The position numbers and the translations under genes were made by a program. DNA of 64,000 nt, from assembly GCF_009914755.1 (NCBI RefSeq), contig NC_060926.1; one strand, 5' to 3'. The notes under the pieces were generated by a model. It was not told the origin of the DNA. It saw only the letters and a program-made list of their open reading frames with translations, and did no database searches. This DNA comes from the human T2T-CHM13v2.0 reference genome, Homo sapiens. Numbering within the stretch: position 1 is the stretch's first letter; each line of letters opens with the position of its first letter. Shown one piece after another: positions 14,251-28,860 of this stretch.

Positions 14251-14452
14251 TTATATAGTTTTTACAAAAATAGAATTAAAAACTCATACTTTTCTGTAAC
14301 TTACTCTTTACTTACTTTTTATCATTTAATAATGATACAAAGAAACCTGCACAGATCTGCATCATTCATTTTCATATATGCACGATAATTCATTTTAATG
14401 AATGTCCTACAATGTGTATAACTCATTCCTTCTTGATGGATATTGAATAACA

Positions 14453-14800
14453 TGCTGGTTATTGTCTGCTTGCCTGCTTCACAGCTTATTCTCTGCTTTA
14501 ATCTATAGTTCTTTATGCTCTAGGATGCTGAACCTTGGCCTCTGGTCGGGTTTAGCCAATAGAAAGCATGGCGGATTTGGGGTTGGGGGAAAGAGGTCAT
14601 GATATTTCTTCCATTTCCTTCCTCACTGAGCTGCATTTTCTGGAAGTGACGGAGCTGTTCTAAATATAATTCCTTCACCATGCCTCCATTCTGGTTCTGT
14701 TAACATAGTTCCTTTCTTTGCCTAGAGGTGGTGATGGCTTCCAGCTGTTGCTAATCTGCATGACTTACTGTCTCTTACAAAGTCCTATAACCAGTAAATG
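14453..14800. mobile_element. LTR33-like ERVL LTR, diverged
   Basis: ccttggcctctggtcgggtttagccaatagaaagca...cctagaggtggtgatggcttccagctgttgctaatc resembles LTR33. Confidence 0.6.
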
Positions 14801-15015
14801 TTTAGGATTTGGCAATTTCTGTGGGTATAAATACTTTTGCAGTTTCTGATTTCAGGATACCAACTTGAGGTCACCAAATGTAACGATGGGAAGAATTGTG
14901 CACCAGAACACCACCACCTTATCCATGTTAGCATCTCATAAATTAGTCACTTTATTAACTTGAACTGAGTTGTTTCCTGTCAGAATTCTGATTGCCATAA
15001 ATGATTTCCTTTTCC

Positions 15016-15102
15016 CCTTCCTTCCTTCCTTCCTTCCTTCCTTCCTTCCTTCCTTCTACCTTCCTTCCTTCCCTCCCTCCCTCCTCTGTCTGTCTTTCTT
15101 TC
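15016..15102. repeat. (CTTC)n/(CCCT)n microsatellite
   Basis: Direct tandem ccttccttcctt... run. Confidence 0.95.
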
Positions 15103-15581
15103 CTATTACAAGTAATAGTAAAGCAGCAAGGACTTTCTTATGAAAAAGTATTACTAGAGGTTAAATTCTGAGAACTGGGCGAAAGGTATGTCAATTCAAT
15201 ATTTTCATAAATATCACCTAATTGCTTTATAAAAAGTTGTATCAATTTACAGGTCCTCAAAAAGTTCCAAAAATGCATCTTTCTGCATAACCTCATCAAC
15301 AACAGATATTTTTAACTTTTTAAAATTATTGTTAATAGATTAGTAAAAATGATACTTTATTTGTATTTACTTGTACAATATTATTGTTGTGGCTGAAAAT
15401 CATTGTATAATTTTGCATTAAATAAATTTTTGCTGTGCATATGTGAATTGGGGGATACAATAGTCAGGTGTCTGAATTCTCTTGGAAATTTAATGAAGGG
15501 CCAGTGGCTGCTCCGCTGTCAGGAGTAAAGGAGAGATGGTCATTAGTTTGTTTAGGAAATGGCTGTATGAGTGTTTCCCAT

Positions 15582-15847
15582 TGCTGTGGTCTGAATTGGT
15601 GTTCCCCCCAAATTAATATGTCGAAGCCCTAATTCCTAGTGTAGCTGGAGACAGGGTCTGTAGGATGCAAGGTTAAATGAAGTCATAAGAGTGGGCCCTT
15701 AATTCAACAGGACTGTGGTCTTGTAAAGAAGAGAAATCTCTCTTTCTCTCTCTCTCTGTCATGCTGTCATGTGAGGACCCAGAGAGAAAGCAATCATCCA
15801 GCAAGGAAGACAAGTCCTCACTAGAACCCAACTGTGCTGACACCTGA
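15582..15847 (+). mobile_element. MLT1A-like MaLR LTR, 3'-truncated
   Basis: tgctgtggtctgaattggtgttccccccaaattaatatgtcgaagccctaa...ctcactagaacccaactgtgctgacacctga. Confidence 0.8.
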
Positions 15848-16099
15848 AGAAGGAAGTGACAATTCAGGGATAGGAAGCTCCCAGTAATGAGCGCTCTTGA
15901 AAGAATCCATGAAAGTACCCAAAGAAGAGTCAGTTGCAAACATCTTTTATGTCTAGAAAAGCACAAAGATATCTTACGATGGTTGTGGTCCATGTTTTCA
16001 TCTACAGATGGAGAACTTCACTCACCGAATATATTTTGGTGGGACAGTGGAAGACAAAATTAGCACTTTAATTCCATGGCATAGGTCTAAAATGCTCAA

Positions 16100-17255
<1,156 letters not shown>

Positions 17256-18756
17256 ACAAAGAAAAATCTGATACTAAAGTCATATCAGAGGAGGTTCAGG
17301 GAGTATATTCCTAAGCCATGGGCATAAAGGTACTCAACTTCTGTGCCTCATGTGTTTCCTGAAAGAGCCAATTTAACGTTGAGCCTATATGTCTATCCTA
17401 AGAGTTAGGACTCAGATATTAATAGGGTATCCAAATAGAGATAGAATTATTTCCACCATTAACTCAATATAAGCAAAAGGATGCCCATCTTCACCTAAGA
17501 TCCAGTGTAGATCTTGGGTCACTTCTGCTAAGAACATCAATGAGGGACGGGGTTGGGGGAAGGCAACATACAGATTTTAACATCATCAGTTTTTTTTTTT
17601 AAGTCTCTTAACTCTAATAGATGAGGACATTAAAATTAACTTCATGTGTGGCATCCAAAACATGGTGATTTAACTTTGTATAAAGAGAAAAAAAAATTTT
17701 GCTTCAACTTTTCACTTTTCTAGAAGCTTATATTAGAACCACTTCAGTCCTTGCCCAAATATGGTGACATAACACTGTAGATTGAAGAAATTGGCTTGAA
17801 TATATAGTTTGAAATCCAGACTGGATGTAACAAGACCCCAGTGAGTCAGTATGTGATTGTTCCAAAAGTCTGGATGAAGGCCAGTCATTCATAGCTTGCC
17901 ATTTCCAATGAGATTTCAAAACATGAATACTTTTAGAATCATTATTAAATAACAACAATCAAAATATCTGAAATAACAGTAGCAAATTCTAGTAAAAGAT
18001 GTAAAATATACGTTCAGATTGCTTAAAATAGCCATTATAATACCATTTGCATCTACCAAGATTATTTCTAATAGCAAAGCCCCATATTCTAAGTTTGACA
18101 AGAAAGACAGGGATTTAAAAGAAAGTGTTGACTGTTCAGTATAGGATATAGAGTCAAAGAAATTTGTCAACACACTCAAAATTAGAATTTCTATAGTCAC
18201 CATTTATTTTTGGACTTTTTCTCGAATGCCAGGCCAATATTTATAGAACCTGGGCTGAGCCGAGTGGTAGCCAGCATCATGTGGCATGTGGCTACCTTGG
18301 ATGGTGTTTCCTGGATGATTTCCACCCTCCTCCATCCCTCCCAGCCAAAAGTATCCTTTATACCTGCACAGGTTCTGGAATTTTACCATTTGACATCTTG
18401 AAATTTCTTAGGGTTAGAGCATCCTGCCTTCCATGAAAATTCAGACATGGCTGGGAAAGGTAAGTAATAAAGACGCGTTATCATCACTGCCAACTTATCT
18501 AGAAATAAAAGGCCAGACCATTATCCATTATCAATATGTTAATTCATGCTTACCTCTTCATATTAAATTGTTGGTTATTTTAAAATAAGTATCTGATTTA
18601 GCCTCCTTGAGGCTGCACAAACTGCAAAGGTCCTTTTAAAGTGACTTGTAGTTTGTAAAGCACTTTTGTACACACTGTCTCCTGATACAAAACACAGGAG
18701 TATTCTGAATGAAAGGACAGAGGCTTGGAAAGAGCTGGCAGCAGTGAGGAACTGAA

Positions 18757-19112
18757 TATATTAGTCTGTTCTCACACAGAAAATAAATACATACCCAAGA
18801 CTGGGTAATTTATAAAGGAGAGAGGTTTAATGGACTCCCCAGTTCCACCTGGCTAGGGAGACCTCACAATCATGGTGGAAGGCAAAGGAGAAGCAAAGAC
18901 ATATCTTACATGGTGGCAGGCCACAGAGGTTACACAGGCGAACTCACATTTTTAATCCATCAGATCTTGTGCGACTTATTCACTACCACGAGAACAGTAT
19001 GGGGGAAACCACCCCCGTGATTTGATTATCTCTACCTGGCCCTGCCCTAGACACGTGGGGATTATTACAATTCAAGGTGAGATTTGGGTGGGGACATAGC
19101 CAAACCATATCA
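18757..19112 (-). mobile_element. THE1 (C/D-like) solo LTR
   Basis: Ends gagatttgggtggggacatagccaaaccatatca; exact 5-bp TSD CTGAA at 18752-18756 and 19113-19117. Confidence 0.95.
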
Positions 19113-21052
19113 CTGAACATGAGGACCTTGTGTGGCAGTTGGGTGGGACCAGAGAGTCAAGAAGAGAATAAGAAAGGAGTGCGGGTATAGAGGCCCTGAA
19201 GTGACCTTTGTTCACATTTAGTTCTTCCCAAGAATGGTCCTGATGTTGGGTTTGCATATACTTATTGGTTCGACAGAAATAGAATTAAAGTGATTTTGAA
19301 GGGCTAGGGGAAAAATCTACCTTTCAGGGCTCTCTCTAAATGATACCACTGGAACCAAAAGAAAAGAAGTCAAAAGTTGAGAAACCAACTAAAAGGCCCA
19401 TACCATATTTCTAAAGTCAAATAAAATAAAACAAAACCCATTCCTGTTTTTCATGTTTGAATCGATAAAAGTTGTGGCTTCTTCTCACAACCAATATATT
19501 CAGCTTTAATCAGAAAGCCTTAGTACCAAACTGTAGTTTTCAAGGGTTTGCGTTATTTAACAGAGTGTACAAAAATTTCACCAAGATACACATTAGAGAC
19601 TGGCCAGTTTAATCATTCCTCAGTTAGCGTATGCTCCCCTTAATGACTGGCAGTATTTTTACTTTGAATTATCCTTGTGCAAAATAAAAGTAATATATCT
19701 GCTTTTTTTTCTAATAATGTTTTGGTCCAACACATCTATATTTTGATCATGCAGCAATTTTCTAAATTAAAGTTGACAACCCTCTTTAGTTTCTGCTTAT
19801 AAACTTTTATGTGATAGATCTGAAAAAAATCTTATGCAATGATGTCATGGTGTCTGTCTGGTTGAATAATGCATTGTCTCATGTGGTGCTGTTTTTTGAC
19901 ATTTCCTACCTCATCTGGGCAGCTCCTTAGAGTAGTAGATCTAAAGACATTCACATCATGAAGCTGGATGACACCAGGCCATTTTGGTAAACTCTAGAAA
20001 ATTTTATTTGTGGTAAAATAATTTAGTTATTAATGTGATGAACAGGTTTATGTTATGTAACTGAAAAATATCATTAAGATCAAAGCAGTTAAAGTTGTAT
20101 TATTATATAAGCTCAACTTTATTCAACTTTTTAAACATTATAACATCAGTAATGTAGTCATTCACTTTACCTATTTTGATGGCACATATGATTTGCAGCC
20201 TATACTACAGCTTTTCTACTTAAAGATTTTTTTTCTTTTACATGCAGAGTTGAGTTAATCATGATGGCTTACTGTTGTCAACAATCTGTCAACTTTCTTC
20301 CCTTATTTTGTTGGTATTACCGTTTTTCTTTTTTTCCTAATCTCTACTCCATTGTTCCTCTTTTACTCCGAAGGCCCCTACTTTAGTGTGTTTGGTTTAT
20401 AAATCAGTATCCTTATATGTTTTTGAAAAAAAAATGCAGTGTTGTTTTTATGATGCATTTTAAATTACACAAATAGTATTACATCATAGAATGTGTTCAG
20501 TTTCTTACTTTTTGCACTCAACACAGTGTTTTTGAGATCTATCCATGTTGCATGTAGCTGTCATTCATGGCTTTTGAGGCTGTGTAGTAGTCCACAGTAT
20601 AGTAGTGCCATATTTAACCTAGTGATTGGCATATGGGTTGCCTCCAATCCCCAGGTCTCCAGCATGGATCACTAGGTGGATGGGAGTGTCATTCTTTACA
20701 CAGGAAGTCCAAAAGGAGGAGTAGGCATTATGGGAAAGAGAGTGGTTTGTTTTAGTGCCCAGTTTAAGTTGCCTATAGAGCATCTCAGTGGGTGTATAGA
20801 GGAGGCATTTGGCTCTATGTGTGCACCTATAGGCAAATAGCCCAGCTCTGAAGAGACTGTTTGTAGAGAGCATGATTTAGAGTCATCAGCATACATGCTC
20901 ACATAGATGAGATTACTGGAAGAAGGCATGGTGTGTGAAGAATCAAGGGCTGCTGACAGAGCTCTAGGCCACATCAACATGTAAGGGAGGGTAGAGGCAA
21001 GCACTTCTAAGGCATGTGAGTTGTGGTCATTCATAGAAATGATGCTCTAGGC

Positions 21053-21292
21053 CAAGGGTCAGTGAATACTCTCATGTGAGCCAACTCTGGCCAGCTACTG
21101 TTTTCTGTACTAATAAAAATGTTTTTTATTAGAACACAACCTCACTCATCTGTTTAGGTATTACCTGTGGCTGCTTTTGTGCCACAATGGCAGAGTTATC
21201 TAGTATTAAAAAAGATTGTATGATCTACAGAGCAGAAAATGTTTACCATCTGCCTTTCTGCCTTTTCTACAGAAAATGCTCGCTGACCCCTA
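21053..21292. mobile_element. MER58A-like hAT-Charlie MITE
   Basis: Ends caagggtcag...ctgaccccta; internal tgtggctgcttttgtgccacaatggcagagtt; ctag-centred 8-bp target sites. Confidence 0.8.
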
Positions 21293-22242
21293 ACTAGACA
21301 ATGAAATTAAAGTGTAAAGCGAGTGACTCTGGGATTCTTAATATTTCATCTTTGTACCACAAACAGGTTATATAATCATAAGTGTATCCTGTATGCTTGA
21401 TAAGCACACATATTGTAATTCTATAAAAATGTTTTGTGTTCCCTTATTTCTTTTGAATGTATCAGTTTCCCAATATAAATCCACGGGAGTCAGATTTGCT
21501 TTTCTGTGGAAAACATAACTTTACTTCTGTTTGCCTGTTATTCTCTGCATGGTGTGATTAAGGTTGAAGAGCTTCTGTATTTATGTATTTCAGTTCCTCT
21601 GGGCATGATTACCCATGATTTTATGCAGTGTAAATGCATTAGTAAGAAGGAAAGCTCTTTTTTTATTATGTATTTTAAAAATGCATCTTAAATGCGACAG
21701 AAGCCTCAGTAGAAGTGTTGGAAAGTAGATAATGTCAACCTCAGATGAACAACTGTTGCTTTCTATTTCAAGTTTGAGAAACTATTCTCATATAAGCTGA
21801 TTACTCTCTGCTTTCTTTTACATTCTTCGGAAGGAACTTTTACACGATAGCACTCAGCTTTCGGAGACCCTCCTTTGAAGCTAATCTGTATCAGAAACAA
21901 GTTGCAAATATATGAGACTATAAAATTGTGTTTCTATTAACATGTTTTTATTTCTCCTCTTTTAATACTGACCTTTACTAAAAAAAATCATATGTTCAGC
22001 AAGCCACCATCATCAAGATAAAGCATCGTCAACTTTTGTCAATATTCAATTCCAAGAAAAGAAACATTTTGTTTAGTCATTTTCTTTGCCTGAACGAGTA
22101 TATAATTTTTTTACGTGTTCAGTGGATTAAAGAGTATTTGATGCACAGGTGTTTATGTAACCAGATCTTCAACTGAATTCCCAAACTTAATAAAGATGTT
22201 AAAATAAGATGCGTACACACACACACACACACACATATAGAT

Positions 22243-22740
<498 letters not shown>

Positions 22741-23164
22741 TTGTAAATAATTAGTTAATGAAATCAATGGGAGGTGTAATAAGAGAAAGTTTAGAGACCA
22801 TAATAGGAATGTTAATCAATGAATTTGTTACTGAAAAGAAGATAATAAAATTATTTTGAATTGGAGGAGGGCAATTATTATCAGGGCTAGTTATGAAATA
22901 CGGAATGTGTGGAGTCTTTGAGCTCAGCAAAGTACCTACATGTCATCAAAATCTTGCGCAGAAACAAAGGAAGTAGAGAGAAACAGAATGTTTACATTTT
23001 GCAACCTTTAAGATCCAAAAGCGATTGGACTGTGAGCCCCTCTAGATGACCTGGGGAGTGGGCCCCGCCCGCGATGCTACTTACAGAATGAGAAAATCCT
23101 AAATGCAAATGAAGCAAATTGTTATTCAGGTGAGAGCAATACATGCAGTACTGTCGAGCACTGT

Positions 23165-23349
23165 CGTTCTTCAACTTTAGCAAATATCAGAATCACCTGG
23201 CGGTCTTGATGAAACACAAGCTGCTGAGCTTTACTCCAGAATTTCTGGTTCAGTAGGTCTGCAGTAGGACCTGAAATTTTATATTTCTAACAAGTTTTCA
23301 GGAGCTGCTGATGCCGCTAGTACAGGGCTCACATTTTGAGAACCTCTGG
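23165..23349. mobile_element. MER5A
   Basis: atcagaatcacctgg...ttctggttcagtaggtctg...tttctaacaagtt...cacattttgagaacctctg. Confidence 0.85.
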
Positions 23350-25286
23350 TCTAGCAAGTTGCCACCAAGAATGAAGATTGGGCCAGAGAACAGGGTAAGA
23401 GGTTTTTTTTGTTTTGTTTTGTTTTTGCGGGGCGGGGAGGGGGGAGGTGGTGGATGGTAAAATGCTAGCGTATACGTCGTATTGCCTGTCGATGACAATA
23501 TGATGAACTTGTTGGTTCATTCTGGGTTTGTATACAGCAGTGAAGTGCTAGTTTGCGTCTGTTATCATCTCAACATGTTAAGGTCGTGTTCTTACCTTTG
23601 AATAAGCATTTTGATAGTTGTAAGGGCCTTTCCGTTTTCTTATTGTAACACAAATTCTAAGTACTTTTCCTTTGTTGTATTAGAAAAGAAGTGACATTTG
23701 ACTCAATCATTTCATTCTCTCTAAGCTGAATTAACAAACCACCTAAAGGCATTTTCTTGGTTTTAGATAATGACTACCAAGCAGTACTTGGTAATTTAGC
23801 TGTGACAGCGATCTTCATACTTGTAAAGCTCCTTTTGCCAAGTTTCACACCTGATTGGGAGGCAGAGATGTGCTAATATAACTAAGACTCTGTCCACACT
23901 TTCAGAAAAGTGTTAACTAAGAATGGCACCCATTCTATGTATATACTTTTGGAAAAAGGAGATTTTCTCATTCCAAGCATTCGTGGGGCTAGAAAAGTAC
24001 ACCGTTCCATCAAGGCTGCGTCTCCTACAAAGAAAGCTCTTGTGAGAGTCCTCAGAATCGTTTCCTCAAGGGAGACTTTTAGAAAATTCCAGTGGGCTTG
24101 ACAGATATTGGTAAGACATAGTTCAAAACTATAAATTTTACAAAAGGTTATACTGTATTTTTTTTTAATGTGGAGATAAACAGTAACGTTTAAGCCTTCT
24201 CTAAGTACAATAGACATTTGGATGAATGTGGCTTTGAGGTTCACTTTTTGCCACTGCTTTTGAAATATGTAACACAACATGTTACTCTAAGATAAAGAAT
24301 TCATTAAAATGTAAAGAGTTCTCCTATGCAATCGGAATCAATTGCTTCATTTAAGATTTGGGAAGGTAAAAATTGTTTTAGCCTTTAAATGAGGGAAAGT
24401 ATGATGGATGAAAACAACCTTTTCAAAAAAACAAAACAAAAACAGACATGCTGTTGAAATATAGCAAAACAAGTAAATGGGAATGGAATACTGCATTGAA
24501 TTTACTTTCTATAAAGCCGTCCGTGCTGGAAATTCACTGCTAGCAAGTGGGAACAAGGTGTTACTTGACTTGGTTTGGCTAATAACCAGCATTTTTGGGA
24601 GCACAAATTGTAAGCAATATGGTTTTTTTTTTTTAAAACCCCCATCTTTCGTAATTCAAATTCAATAAATGAAACACTTTCCCCCTCTCCAGATGTCTAA
24701 CAAAACGAGTCAACATTTTGCCTATTACAGCTAACTGATTATGAAGTATCTAGTTCACAATCTGACAAAAATAAACAAATGCACCAAATTAGAAAAAGAA
24801 GCTCAGAGACAAAATTAGTAGGCCATTTAAATGAATCTGATGTGCCTAGAAAACAGGTGAGAATGGTCCTTCAGTCATGCTTGCAGCAATTCTGGGGAAA
24901 GTGTTCCAGCTGGGAACGCAATGATTAATTAGAGGTGTGCTTTTCACATCAAACATACACACTTGGCACTAAACAATTCGTCCCAGGTGCTGCGTGAATG
25001 ATGAGACAAATTCCATGTCTGTCCCCAAAGACTGAGAATTCTAGAATCTCAAGCATAGCTTTTTCTTAGAACTCATGCTATCTTAAAGTAAAATAGATGA
25101 ATAGAAGTAACACACTGTGAAATCAAGTCTACAATGCATTCAGCGTTGAGTGAAGTCTTGTCTTTCTCCGACGGCGTTTGCCTTCGAATTGTGGGCACCA
25201 AATAACATTTGGGACTCTAAGTTGCAGATTTAAAATGTACACTTCCCTTGAAGCATAAATGCTATTAAATAAAAGAACTGGGTAGC

Positions 25287-25455
25287 AGTGGGTTTTCAAA
25301 TTCTAGCGTGCTTAAGAGTCCCCTGGAGTATGTGTTAAAAGGGTAGATTGCTGGGCCACACTCCCTAAAGGCTCTGATTCAGAGCCCAAGACTATGTTGT
25401 TTATCAAGCAACCTAAGTGATTCTGATTCTGATGGTGTAGGACTATTTGTGGAGC
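25287..25455. mobile_element. MER5A-like
   Basis: cagtgggttttcaaa...agattgctgggccacac...ctctgattcag...aagtgattctgat. Confidence 0.75.
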
Positions 25456-25520
25456 AAAGTTAAAAATTTCTGCTTTCATGCTCTTCTCCGAAAGAGACCC
25501 TGCCCACTTTGGAATGTAGA

Positions 25521-25725
25521 CATTCATTTCATTCGTTCAACAATATTTATTGATCACTTAAACCCATGCTAGGCCATAGGGATACAATGGTGAGCAGAAC
25601 AGCCAACCAATAACAGCTTAGTCAGGCAGCTGATGGTCTTGTAGGGGGATACAGACATTCATCCTTGCATCACACAAATAATTATGAAATTACATCTTTG
25701 GTAAGTGTACACAGTAATATGAGAG
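25521..25725 (-). mobile_element. L2 3' end
   Basis: cattcatttcattcgttcaacaatatttattga...ctaggccatagggatacaatggtgagca. Confidence 0.75.
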
Positions 25726-26194
25726 TGGAGGAATCAATATGACAGCATGCATCTCATGAACTCTGCAAGGGTAAACAAAACTAGCTCTTAAATTTAAATT
25801 CTGCAGCGTTCCATTACATGCCTTCCTCCTAGGCAAGCCCATTTGCCAGTATGCTACTCATGCCCTGCTGTGTTGCAGAATGCTGGAAATGGTATCTATG
25901 TTCTACACATCTGTGATAAGATAACATGTAAGGCTCTAAACCACAGGCTGAAATCAGAAACATTTTCTTTAAAATGAATCATGCAGTCAAATGAAAGAGC
26001 CCAGTGTTAGAGTCCGTGAGGCCTCCAGCAAAAGCTCACATCTTGATCTAGAGGTGCAATTTTCATGAAGATTACAAAAAGTGATTTAAGAATTAGAAGA
26101 CTTTATAGGCTAGATACTGATGATCCAACAACTCATTCTTTAAACATTGTCTTGGCATCTCAGGTCCTGGGCTAGCTGCTGGGAATGCAGTGGA

Positions 26195-28050
26195 AAGATT
26201 AGACTTAAATGTAAGCCTGGAAACTATGAAACTACTAGAAGAAAACACGGGGGAAACACTCTAGAACACTGGTCTGGGCAAAGATTTCTTGAGTAAGACC
26301 TCACAAAGCACAGGCAACCAAAGCAAAAGCTGGACAATGGGATTCCATCAAGCTAAAAAGTTTCTACACAGCAAAGGAAACAATCAACAAAGCAAAGAGA
26401 CAACCCACAGCATGGGAGAAAATATTCGCAAACTACCTGCATGACAAGAGACTAATATTCAGAATGTTACAGGAAAGGTGTCCTGATCCAGACACCAAGA
26501 GGGGGTTCTTGGATCTCATGCAAGAAAGAATTCAGGGCGAGTCCACAGAATGAAGCAAAAGCAAGTTTATTAAGAAAGTAAAGTGGTGAAAGCACAGCTA
26601 CTCCATAGACAGAGTAAGGCATTCCCGAAAGCAAGAGGAGGAATGCGTCCACCCTAGGTATAATGCTTGTTTATATACAGGATAAAAAAAAGATTATGGG
26701 GAGATGTATTGTGCTGTAAGAGTTTGTGATAAAGGATTAATTTTCGTAATTACTATATTTTGCAAGAATCAATATTATTACCTTTAAAGCAAAATTAGGA
26801 ATGTCTTTGTTCTCAAGATATCGGGATATTAGGACATTCCCAAGACTGGGTCTCTTTAGTAAACATTATCAATCTGTTCCCTTAACCATAAACATCTAGA
26901 GGCCAGGAATACCTTTCTTTCTGGGAATGCAGCCCAGCAAATCCCAGCCTCCTTGTCCTAGCCCCCACTCAAGATGGAGTTGCTGTGGTTCGAACACCTC
27001 TGACAAGAATATATAAGGAGCTCAAACAACTCAATAGGAAAAACCCAAATAATCCAATTAAAAATGGGCAAAATATCTGAATAGAGACTTCTCAAAAGAA
27101 GACATGCAAATAGTCAACAGGTATATAAAATATACTCAACGTCACTAATCATTAGAGAAATGCAAATCAAAACTACAATGAGATATCATCTCACTCCAGT
27201 TAAATGGCTGTTATCAAAAAGATAGGCAATAGCAGATGCTGGTGAGGCCTGGGGAGAAAGGGAAAAACTTATACACTGTTGGTAGAAGTGTAAATTAGTA
27301 CAGCCACTATAAAGAACAATGTAGAGTTTCCTCAAAAACACTGAAAACACAGCTATCATATGATCCAGCAATCCCACTGTTGGGCATGTATCCAAAAGAA
27401 AGGAAATCAGCATATCAAAGAGATATCTACACTCCTCCATTTATTGCAGCCCTATGCACGATAGCCAAGATTTGGAATCACCCTAAGTGTCCATCAATAG
27501 ATGAATGCATAAAGAAAATTTTAGTACATATACATAATGGAATATTAGCTGTAAAAAGAAGGAAATCCTGTTCTTTGTGACAACATGAATGGAACTGGAG
27601 GACAGTGTGTTAAATGAAATAAGCCAGGCACACGAAGACAAATATCACATGTTCTCACCCATATGTGGGAGCTAAAACAAAAATTGAACTCATGGAGATA
27701 GAGAGTAGAATGATGGTTACCAGAGGCTGGAAAGGATAGTGGGGAGAATGGAATAAAGAGGAGATGGTTAATGGGTATACAAAGATGCTGTTAGAGAGAA
27801 AGAATAAGATCTAGTGTGTGGCAGCACAATAGGGCAACTGTAGTTAACAATAATTTATTGTACATTTCAAAATAACTAAAGGAGTAGAATTAGACTGCCC
27901 CTAATGCAAAGGAATGGTACATGCTTGAGGTGATGGATACCCCAATTACACTGATTTGATCATCACACACTGTATGCTTGTATCAAAACATCACATGTAC
28001 CCCATAAATAGGTACGACTGTTATGTATCCATAATAATTAAAAATGTAAA
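26195..28050 (+). mobile_element. L1MA-like LINE-1 3' fragment, interrupted by a MER41 LTR
   Basis: ORF2-end motifs (aaactactagaagaaaac, aagagacaacccacag) and L1MA 3' UTR (gagagtagaatgatggttaccagaggctgg...catgtaccccataaata). Confidence 0.93.
26465..27005 (-). mobile_element. MER41-family ERV1 solo LTR (body unlike MER41A/B; C/D-like)
   Basis: Reverse strand starts tgtcagaggtgttcgaaccacagcaactccatcttga and ends ggatcaggacacctttcctgtaaca; 4-bp TSD AGAA at 26461-26464 and 27006-27009. Confidence 0.9.
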
Positions 28051-28229
28051 AAGCAGAAGAGCAGGCAGCCTGCCCTCAGGGAGTTCACAGTCTAGTGCAG
28101 CCATAATCAGTGCACCTACAACCAGTGACAGATGCTTTAATCAACACTGCCCATGTGCTGGGTACTATTAGGATTTGGGAAGCAGAATATGAGTTAGCCT
28201 TAAGTGCTCAGTCTAGAGGACAGTGCCTC

Positions 28230-28375
28230 TCAGTATGTGAGGAATAATCAGCTGAGGACATGGACCTTGAAGTTAGAGAGACTTTGATTCAAATCCCAAC
28301 TCTACTGTTTTATCAAAGTGACCTTGAGAACATCACTTAGCCTTTCTGAGAACTAGATCCTTCCTGTATGACACC
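28230..28375 (+). mobile_element. MIR fragment
   Basis: ttcaaatcccaactctact...gtgaccttgagaacatcacttagcctttctgag. Confidence 0.7.
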
Positions 28376-28860
28376 AGGTCAATACTTGGTTTCAGACGTG
28401 TTATACCGTAGTTCATATGTAGCAGTCCCTCTGTGCATCATCTGTTTTGACCAGGGTACCAACTCAACACATCCTCACATTCACTATGAAGACTCCACTC
28501 TGACCCTACCATTTTAGCAGGATGATTTCACTCAATATTTGTATGGAAAATAATAGGAGGTGCTTATATTTCATTCTCCTCTGTATTTTGTTCCCAAACT
28601 GCCCATGTTTTTCCAAAATCTTCTTTCTCCTCTTTGTCCCTTGCCAGTCATGGCTTTGTAAATCTTTTTAGCTTTTTACCATAGTTCTTGATCTCTTCCT
28701 TTTAAATGCAGAATTATTTAACCTGGTCTGAACTCCTCCAAGCTTGCCCACCCACATCCTTCCAGTATCATATTCTAGCATCCTTAGAAAAGAAATATAT
28801 AAATATAAATGTAAATATAAAGAACAATAATTTTTTGTCCCAGAATGTTTAGAAATAATA

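Larger units (their letters stand above)
22950..25600. promoter_or_regulatory. Putative CpG-retaining promoter/enhancer region
   Basis: CpG visibly denser than in flanking unique DNA; GC boxes at 23063-23070 and 23429-23437; AP-1 TGACTCA at 23699-23705. Confidence 0.4.
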
